DNA from: Candidatus Wallbacteria bacterium
GTDB taxonomy: Bacteria > Muiribacteriota > UBA9980
DNA: 64,000 nt
Assembly: GCA_041441465.1 (NCBI GenBank)
Contig: JASDSY010000029.1
Coordinates: forward strand, 72,197-136,196
Direction: 5' to 3'
Part shown: positions 57,512-64,000 of the stretch, piece after piece
Layout: every line of letters begins with the position of its first letter
Position numbering within the stretch: the first letter of the stretch is position 1
Notes under the pieces: model-generated
Told to the model about the DNA's origin: nothing
Database searches by the model: none
The model's input: only the letters and a program-made list of their open reading frames with translations
Position numbers and translations under genes: made by a program

Positions 57512-59830
57512 ATGAAAGAGATATTCATTATAAAAAAAGATGAAGAAACATTTTTTAAAGAATGTAAGAACAAAACCATAATTGTGCCGGCAGATCAAAT
57601 TTATCATGATTGTCTGTATATTGGCTGTTTAAACAATGATAAAACAAAATTAAAATATCTGGCAAAAGTTTTAGATGTCCAATTTGTTGATGAAACTACA
57701 ACAAAAAGTGACGTTAAAAACGAAGAATCAAATGATTCTTCAGAATCTGAAAATATTGCTGAAAAAAAAGAAACTGTCAATGAAATTGATAAAGATTTTT
57801 ATTGTTTGAAAATAAAAACCAGCGGTGTTATGACTATCGACAGTGAAATTAACGTTTCGAAAAATGCTGATATGTGTTATTATATTACATTTGAGGAACT
57901 TTTTAATAAAACTGTAAACAAAAAAAGTATTATTAATAATCAGAAGAAAATGACAAAAAAAGAATTGACACTTATTGTCGGCAGGTATTTGGAACAGGGA
58001 ATAAATTACAGCATGAATCAAAAGCTTGACGACGCTCAGGAAATATTTAATTTAGCGCTTGATATCGATGAAAAAAACTATCTTGTTTATTTTTATCTTG
58101 GAAACGTTTATGTAGACAAAGCAAAATTTGATATAGCTCTTTATTACTACAAAAAATCAATCGAGATAAATCCTAAATTCAACCACTCGTATAATTATCT
58201 CGGACTTGCGTATTCTTACCTTTCAAAGACTTCGAAATCTGTCGAATGCTGGGAAAAAGCTCTTGAATTAAATGAAAAAGACGAATTTGCGCTTACAAAT
58301 TTAAGCAAAGCTTATATTCAGCAAAAAAGATATCAGGAAGCTCTTGAAAAATTGAATTTAGCCAAGCAGATAAATTCATCAAATCTCTTTGTTTATAACT
58401 TAATAGGTGTTGCTAACGCCAATATCGGAAATCTCGAGCAGGCGATTGAAAATTGGTCTAAAATAATTGAGTCAGGCCAGGATGATGAATATTTGCACCT
58501 GAATTTAGCGAGAGCTTATTTTGAATCAGGCAAATACAAAGAAGCTCTTGAAGAATACGAACTGCTTCTTGAAATGTTTCCAAAAGGCCATGAATTAAAT
58601 GAATTAGCCGAAAAAAATATAGAACTTCTAAGAGAGAAGATATCTGAAAAAACAGTTGTAATCAATGAAATTAAAGATATTTCACCATACTTTCAAAAAA
58701 AATTCGGTATCGCTTTACCTGATGTTGACGAATCATTAACTAAAATTATTAATTTTAATAAATTGGCAGATTATATTCAATTATTTTCTTTAAATTCACT
58801 CGACTTGAAAGCTATAGTATTTGATAAAACTAACGATACTGATGTTATTAATTACGAACCCGAATCTAAAACACTGAAGCTATCGCTGGGTGCCTTTAAA
58901 ACGACTTTGAAGTTAAGAAAATCGTTAAGAAAAGCTAAGACTATGATACCTGTTAAGCCTGAGTCTGATGTTAACACTAATACGGAAGAAAAATCTGCAG
59001 AAGAGAGTGAAAAAATACAAATCAGGCAAATAAATCAATCAAATGAAAATGCAAAAGCGACAATCGAAGAATTACAGGATGCGATAAATAATGCTAAGGA
59101 TGCTATTATGGCCGATCCCAAAAATGAATGGGCGCATTATGGTCTTGGTTCATTATATGCCCAGGCAAATAGCTTTAAAGAAGCTGCCGAAGAATTTAGA
59201 ATTGCATCGGAAATTAATTCGAATAACTCAATCGCATGGTATGCATTAGGGCTTAGCTATGCACGGCTTGGAAAATTCGACGAATCGATTCAAGCTTTGC
59301 AGCAAGCTATAATTTCAGTACCTGATTCCAGATTGACAAATGTTTTTGATGAATGGAACTATAAGGACTCTCTTGCTTATTTTGGACTTGGCGATGTTTA
59401 TATTAGAAAAGGAATGTTTGACGAAGCGATCCAGATTTTTCAAAAGGGGCTCTTAATTGATGCCACATCGGCGCTTGCGCATTTTCAGCTTGGAACTTGC
59501 TACGAAGTCAAAGGACAGTTCGATCTGGCGATTGAGTCATTCATTAATTGTATTTCATTAAACCCGAATTTCCACTATGCATATTCGAAATTAGGCATTG
59601 TGTACTATAAAAAAGAACTATATAATGAAGCGCTTGTGATGCTTTTAAAAGCAGTAAGCTATGAAAATCCCGACAGCGAAAGTTATTATTACTTAGGTGA
59701 AGTTTATAATTCGCTTGGAAAAGTCGAAGAAGCTAAATATGCTTTTAATATGGTCTTACAAATTGCACCTAAAGACGATATGTATTATACAAAAGCACAA
59801 AAAATAATTTCTTCGTTAATAAAAAAATAA
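57512..59830 (+). CDS. Large TPR-repeat protein
   Basis: Multiple TPR units (AxxxYxKAIEINP, LGxxYxxxGxxxEA) across ~770 aa. Confidence 0.7.
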   Translation: MKEIFIIKKDEETFFKECKNKTIIVPADQIYHDCLYIGCLNNDKTKLKYLAKVLDVQFVDETTTKSDVKNEESNDSSESENIAEKKETVNEIDKDFYCLKIKTSGVMTIDSEINVSKNADMCYYITFEELFNKTVNKKSIINNQKKMTKKELTLIVGRYLEQGINYSMNQKLDDAQEIFNLALDIDEKNYLVYFYLGNVYVDKAKFDIALYYYKKSIEINPKFNHSYNYLGLAYSYLSKTSKSVECWEKALELNEKDEFALTNLSKAYIQQKRYQEALEKLNLAKQINSSNLFVYNLIGVANANIGNLEQAIENWSKIIESGQDDEYLHLNLARAYFESGKYKEALEEYELLLEMFPKGHELNELAEKNIELLREKISEKTVVINEIKDISPYFQKKFGIALPDVDESLTKIINFNKLADYIQLFSLNSLDLKAIVFDKTNDTDVINYEPESKTLKLSLGAFKTTLKLRKSLRKAKTMIPVKPESDVNTNTEEKSAEESEKIQIRQINQSNENAKATIEELQDAINNAKDAIMADPKNEWAHYGLGSLYAQANSFKEAAEEFRIASEINSNNSIAWYALGLSYARLGKFDESIQALQQAIISVPDSRLTNVFDEWNYKDSLAYFGLGDVYIRKGMFDEAIQIFQKGLLIDATSALAHFQLGTCYEVKGQFDLAIESFINCISLNPNFHYAYSKLGIVYYKKELYNEALVMLLKAVSYENPDSESYYYLGEVYNSLGKVEEAKYAFNMVLQIAPKDDMYYTKAQKIISSLIKK

Positions 59831-59870
59831 TTTTTTATTTAAACAATTATATATGAGGTGAACATTTTTA

Positions 59871-61466
59871 ATGTTTTTTAATTTTAATAAAAATTTAGTT
59901 TTTACAATAGTTTTAATAATACTTTTATTCGGCGTTACAATTACTTCGAATGGCTGCGGCTGCGGTACCGAAAGTGCTAATAACTCAGAAAAAAGTAATT
60001 TAAAGACTTTAAGAGTCGCAATACCATCCGATATTACAGCAACCGATCCTGCGATGTCATCAGATGTCAATTCAGGTTTGGTGCTTTCTAAAGTATTTGA
60101 AAAACTTGTGACATTAGATGAAAATTTAGCGCCGTCACCCGATCTGGCTGAAACTTTTGAAGTTAGCGCGGATTGCACTGAATTTAAATTTAAATTAAAA
60201 TCAAATATAAAATTTTCTGATGGTAAAACATTATTAACGGCTAAAATGGTTAAAAATTCCTTTGAAAGAGTCATTAGTCCTAAAACAATAAGTCCGCGGG
60301 CTAATATCTTTGAAAAATTGACCGGATATGATGAATTCATAAAAGGTACAACCAGCGAAGTTAGCGGAATAAAGATATCTGGCGATTATGAGATAACTTT
60401 AAAAATAAAAGAACCTTTTGCTCCATTTATCTATAATTTAACTATGGTGTCGGCATCAATTGTCACATTTACGGAAGATGGAGGCTTAATAGGAACCGGC
60501 CCTTATGTTATGACTAAAAAAAGCGATGGCGCTAAACTAATTTTAACTAAAAATAATTTTTACCATGACATTGCCAGTGTAAAATTAGATGAAATTATCT
60601 ATAAAATAATTCATGATGAGCAAACGCAAATTTCCGAATTTGAAGTCGGCAATATTGATATTTTAAACCTTAGCACTATCAATGTAAACGATTTCATAAA
60701 AAGAAACGGCGATAAATTTAATGTTATAAATCAGCCTAAATTAAATATTTATTACATTGCGTTTAATTGCCAAAATCCTTTATTTACTAATCCTAAAATT
60801 AGACAGGCTATGAATTATGCAATTAATAAAGAAGAAATAATAAATATGCTGATGAAAAACACTATGATTTCTTCTAAGGGACCGTTTCCGCCGGCACTTG
60901 GCGCATTTGATCAAACTCTCGCAGGCTATGAATACAATCCCGAAAAGGCAAAAAAAATTCTTGAAGAAGAAAAAGTAAAAGAGCTGAAATTTGATTTATA
61001 TTATAAGTCAAGTTATGAATTTGAAAACTTAATGCAATTGATAAAGGATCATCTTGAAAAAGTTGGAATTAAGGTTGGATTGAAAAAAATGGAATGGGCT
61101 GCTTTAAAGGCTGAAATTGTAAAAGGTAATTTGCCTGCCTATTATCTGAATTGGTCAGCAGATTTTCCTGACGCTCATAATTTTTTGGTGCCGGTATTTC
61201 ATACTAAAAATAAAGGTGTAGGCGGCAATCGTGCTTTTTATTCCGATCCTGAATTAGATAAAATGATGGATAAACTTGAAACTACTTCTAATAAAGATGA
61301 TTATAAAAAATTAGCTCAGGATATTCAAAAAAAAGTAGTTGAATCGGCACCATGGTTATTTTTATGGCATGAAATCGAATTTGCAGCTACTCAAAAGAAT
61401 ATTGATGGATATAAAATTCCAAAGATTTATTCAATGGAAAAATTTCTCGATTTAAGTATTAAATAA
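59871..61466 (+). CDS. ABC transporter substrate-binding protein, family 5 (Dpp/Opp/Nik-like)
   Basis: Signal peptide plus a Cys-rich lipobox-like region, SBP_bac_5-like blocks (LVxLDENLAPxPDLAETFEVS), 531 aa. Confidence 0.8.
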   Translation: MFFNFNKNLVFTIVLIILLFGVTITSNGCGCGTESANNSEKSNLKTLRVAIPSDITATDPAMSSDVNSGLVLSKVFEKLVTLDENLAPSPDLAETFEVSADCTEFKFKLKSNIKFSDGKTLLTAKMVKNSFERVISPKTISPRANIFEKLTGYDEFIKGTTSEVSGIKISGDYEITLKIKEPFAPFIYNLTMVSASIVTFTEDGGLIGTGPYVMTKKSDGAKLILTKNNFYHDIASVKLDEIIYKIIHDEQTQISEFEVGNIDILNLSTINVNDFIKRNGDKFNVINQPKLNIYYIAFNCQNPLFTNPKIRQAMNYAINKEEIINMLMKNTMISSKGPFPPALGAFDQTLAGYEYNPEKAKKILEEEKVKELKFDLYYKSSYEFENLMQLIKDHLEKVGIKVGLKKMEWAALKAEIVKGNLPAYYLNWSADFPDAHNFLVPVFHTKNKGVGGNRAFYSDPELDKMMDKLETTSNKDDYKKLAQDIQKKVVESAPWLFLWHEIEFAATQKNIDGYKIPKIYSMEKFLDLSIK

Positions 61467-61524
61467 TTTAATGAAGTATTAGTGCCGCAATGATAAAATA
61501 AAAAATAGGTTAAAATAATTTATT

Positions 61525-62463
61525 ATGGTTAATTATATTATAGAAAGAATAGTATATAGTCTGATAGTATTAATTGGAATAACATTGATAACTTCAATGT
61601 TGATTTTTCTTGTTCCAGGCGACCCGGTGTTATCAATTGTCGGCGAGAACGCTTCACCTGAAACAATAAGGATGATAAAGGAAAAATTACTTCTAGATCA
61701 GCCTTTTATTGTACAATACTTCGCATATTTAAAGAAACTTTTTACATTTGACCTCGGAAAGTCTTATATAACAAATATTGAAATATGGGAAGTTATAAAA
61801 ACAAGATTTCCAAATACGTTGTTACTTGCTATTTCTTCAATAATATTCGCTTCAATTACCGGTATTTTTGTCGGTTTTATATCTGCATTATATAAAGATT
61901 CCTTGTTTGATAAAATCAGTAAGTATTTAATATTAATAGGCATATCAACACCTGTATTTGTGTTGGGCGTTATATTATATACAGTGTTTTCAGTTAAGTT
62001 TCGTTTTATTAAAACAATTACCGGTTTTGAAAATTATTATAATTTAATTCTTCCGACTATTGCCCTTGGCACGCAGAGCGCAGCATATATTGCAAGAATA
62101 ACCAGATCGACAGTACTGGACATAAAGAAGCAGGAGTATGTAAGATTAGCTCAGTCTAAAGGGCTTTCACGAATACATGTTTATTTGTGGCACATCTTTG
62201 CGAATTCGCTGGCTCCTATAATTACTGTAATTGGTCTTGATTTCGGTTCCTACTTAAACGGGTCTGTTATAACTGAAACAATATTCGGATGGCCTGGTAT
62301 TGGATTGTATATTTTTAAAGATGGAATTGGAAATAGGGATTTTCCAGTAATTCAATCTATGGTTTTATTCTGTGCCGTAATTTTTGTGCTTGTAAATTTT
62401 ATAATAGATATATTATATTTCGTGCTTGATCCAAGAATGCGTGAAAAATTAAAACAATATTAA
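61525..62463 (+). CDS. ABC transporter permease (DppB/OppB-like)
   Basis: 312 aa with six TM helices, the N-terminal conserved IERIVYSLIVLIGITLITSMLIFLVPGDP and an EAA-like loop. Confidence 0.85.
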   Translation: MVNYIIERIVYSLIVLIGITLITSMLIFLVPGDPVLSIVGENASPETIRMIKEKLLLDQPFIVQYFAYLKKLFTFDLGKSYITNIEIWEVIKTRFPNTLLLAISSIIFASITGIFVGFISALYKDSLFDKISKYLILIGISTPVFVLGVILYTVFSVKFRFIKTITGFENYYNLILPTIALGTQSAAYIARITRSTVLDIKKQEYVRLAQSKGLSRIHVYLWHIFANSLAPIITVIGLDFGSYLNGSVITETIFGWPGIGLYIFKDGIGNRDFPVIQSMVLFCAVIFVLVNFIIDILYFVLDPRMREKLKQY

Positions 62464-62825
62464 AACCCGGCCAAACATAAAAATCAATTATTAATTAAAG
62501 TTTAATTTTATGTTTTATATATAAGCTTTATACTAAAAACTTTATAATACTAATAGGTTTATTATTTAACTAATCAAAGTAAACTCACATTGTTTCTTAG
62601 TAAATAAAAATTAATTCTCAAAAAGATTTATATTTTTTCCCATCCTAAATATTTAAGTGAAAAAACTAATATTTTTAATTTTATATTATTAGAAGTAAAT
62701 TAGATATGATATAAAGTTTTAATTTTTATCGAAATAATTTCAATCAATTAGGTTTACATAATATTAATTATCAACATTTTAACGTATCGTTTTTCGCGAC
62801 TAGATTTTTCCGCCGATAATATATC

Positions 62826-62856
62826 TTATGTAAACTTGATAATTGAGAAATTTTAG
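62826..62856 (+). repeat. Conserved intergenic motif, copy 2: ttatgtaaacttgataattgagaaattttag
   Basis: Lies in the ORF-less AT-rich region after the dpp-like permease. 27 of 31 nt are identical to copy 1. Confidence 0.4.
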
Positions 62857-63262
62857 GAGTTTATTATTTAGAGGATTCTATTGTATAAACCAAGTTCGAG
62901 TTTAATGAATAATAATTAATTTATCATAGATGCATCAAGATTAATTGATATTGTATATTTTTATCATAACAGGTTTTTTAACATTATGAGAAAAGTTTTA
63001 TTGTTCTTCTCTGTATGGTGTGTTTCAAGTTTATTTTTGTTTCTGTATAATTAAATAAAATATTTCTTTCTTTTAAATTTCGTTTTTGTTTTTAGCCAAT
63101 GTTTTGTTAAATGTTAAAAATTAAGTTGAGCTTGTATTTAAATTAAATTTTTAGTACAAAGATATTATTAAGTAATTCTTTGTGAAAAAACATTTTTAAA
63201 AATAAAAACGTTGAGGCTTTATAGTAAAGAATATGATAATATTTTACTTAGTTAACTAATAA

Positions 63263-64000
63263 TTACTCTAATGGAAGTAATATTTGAACTTGTAACCCGC
63301 CGTCCTTTTCGTTAAATGCCTTTACTGTTCCATTATGAAAGCTTATTGCTCTTTCGGTAATAGCTAATCCTAATCCGACTCCGCCTGATGAACGTTCGCG
63401 TGCTCCTGAGAGTCTGTAGAATGGTTTAAAAATATTGGTTAGTTCAGATTCATTTACTCCCGGGCCGTGATCTTTTACAATAATTTCTACAGCTGATTTT
63501 AAGTTATAAATTGATTTTTTCATAAATATTTCAACTGTAGTATTTTCTTTTGTGTATTTAATTGCATTTCTGATAAGATTTTCTAAAGCCCTTTTTAATA
63601 ATTCCTCATTGCCTACTATAAAGCATTCTTCAGATGAAATAAGAGTAACACTCTTTTGGATTGCCTCAGCTTCAAAATTACCGTCAGCGATTATTTTTTT
63701 CAAAAGCTTATCAAGTTGAAACTTGGATTTAGAAATTTCTTTAACTCCGCATTCTAATTTGGTTAATTCAAGTACTTTTTCGATCATAAGATTTAACGCT
63801 TCAACTTCTTTTTCAATTCTATTAATATTTTTGGATGCTGAATCGCCGAATTGTTTTCTGATAAGTTCTAATGCCACATTCAAACGGGCAAGCGGCGATC
63901 GTAATTCATGGGAAATATCGCCTAATAATTGTTTTTGAGAGTTCATCAATAATTCTATTTTTTCGGCCATATTGTCAAATGAATTTGCCAGAACATAGAA
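63263..64000 (-). CDS. Sensor histidine kinase, C-terminal HisKA plus HATPase_c; N-terminus lies beyond the window end
   Basis: H-box SHELRSPL, N-box LIRNAIKYT and G-boxes DHGPGV / GGVGLGLAI. The reading frame continues to nt 64000. Confidence 0.7.
   Translation of the reverse strand, partial: FYVLANSFDNMAEKIELLMNSQKQLLGDISHELRSPLARLNVALELIRKQFGDSASKNINRIEKEVEALNLMIEKVLELTKLECGVKEISKSKFQLDKLLKKIIADGNFEAEAIQKSVTLISSEECFIVGNEELLKRALENLIRNAIKYTKENTTVEIFMKKSIYNLKSAVEIIVKDHGPGVNESELTNIFKPFYRLSGARERSSGGVGLGLAITERAISFHNGTVKAFNEKDGGLQVQILLPLE

Noticed and set aside
62986-63054. 22-codon hydrophobic ORF (MRKVLLFFSVWCVSSLFLFLYN)
   Set aside because: No ribosome-binding site, below any reliable coding threshold, and in extremely AT-rich DNA where short ORFs arise by chance. 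Mentioned only as something to check with Ribo-seq.
1-64000. Searched by eye for tRNA (GGTTCGA/T-loop plus acceptor), rRNA, CRISPR direct repeats, and IS/transposase or integrase genes
   Set aside because: None found. No regularly spaced direct repeats. No DDE, tyrosine or serine recombinase motifs in any frame of useful length.

Overview
AT-rich (~33-35% GC) bacterial chromosomal segment, gene-dense on both strands. There are no rRNA or tRNA genes, no CRISPR array and no intact mobile element. The lineage cannot be assigned from sequence alone; a T9SS-type C-terminal sorting domain, the gatCAB genes and dispersed type IV pilus genes hint at an uncultivated FCB-group-like bacterium. Contents in order: (1) a late-step menaquinone (futalosine-type) or ubiquinone-like module, ubiD-ubiA-ubiA-menG/ubiE-ubiX, with tandem UbiA paralogs, then a dGTPase-like HD protein and a pilin-like gene. 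(2) An 8.2-kb bimodular NRPS gene (C-A-T-T-C-A-T-R plus a C-terminal cNMP-binding-like domain) with an Sfp-type PPTase and a large M16 peptidase next to it. (3) A minus-strand type IV pilus operon, pilC-pilB-pilM-pilN-pilO, which lacks pilP and pilQ. It is interrupted by, and followed by, two diverged copies of a ~400-520 bp GC-rich, hairpin-dense noncoding element; the two copies share a covariation-supported bulged stem-loop. (4) Decayed type I R-M (hsdM) and KilA-N-like fragments, a TPR protein, a beta-lactamase-family hydrolase, a DUF318 permease, YaiI and DUF4126. (5) A PilQ-type secretin with an N-terminal TPR region next to an O-antigen-ligase(Wzy_C)-TPR fusion. (6) Housekeeping genes (rsmD, coaD, coaX, dus, nusB, gatCAB), a PhnD-like binding protein plus a HAMP-GAF-GGDEF cyclase, and a second PilB/GspE ATPase with an MshEN-like N-domain. 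(7) A T9SS-CTD secreted protein, TPR proteins, a truncated dpp-like ABC operon followed by an 800-bp ORF-less AT-rich region, and a partial histidine kinase at the window end. The most notable signals are the paired structured noncoding elements in the pilus locus and the unusual NRPS architecture.
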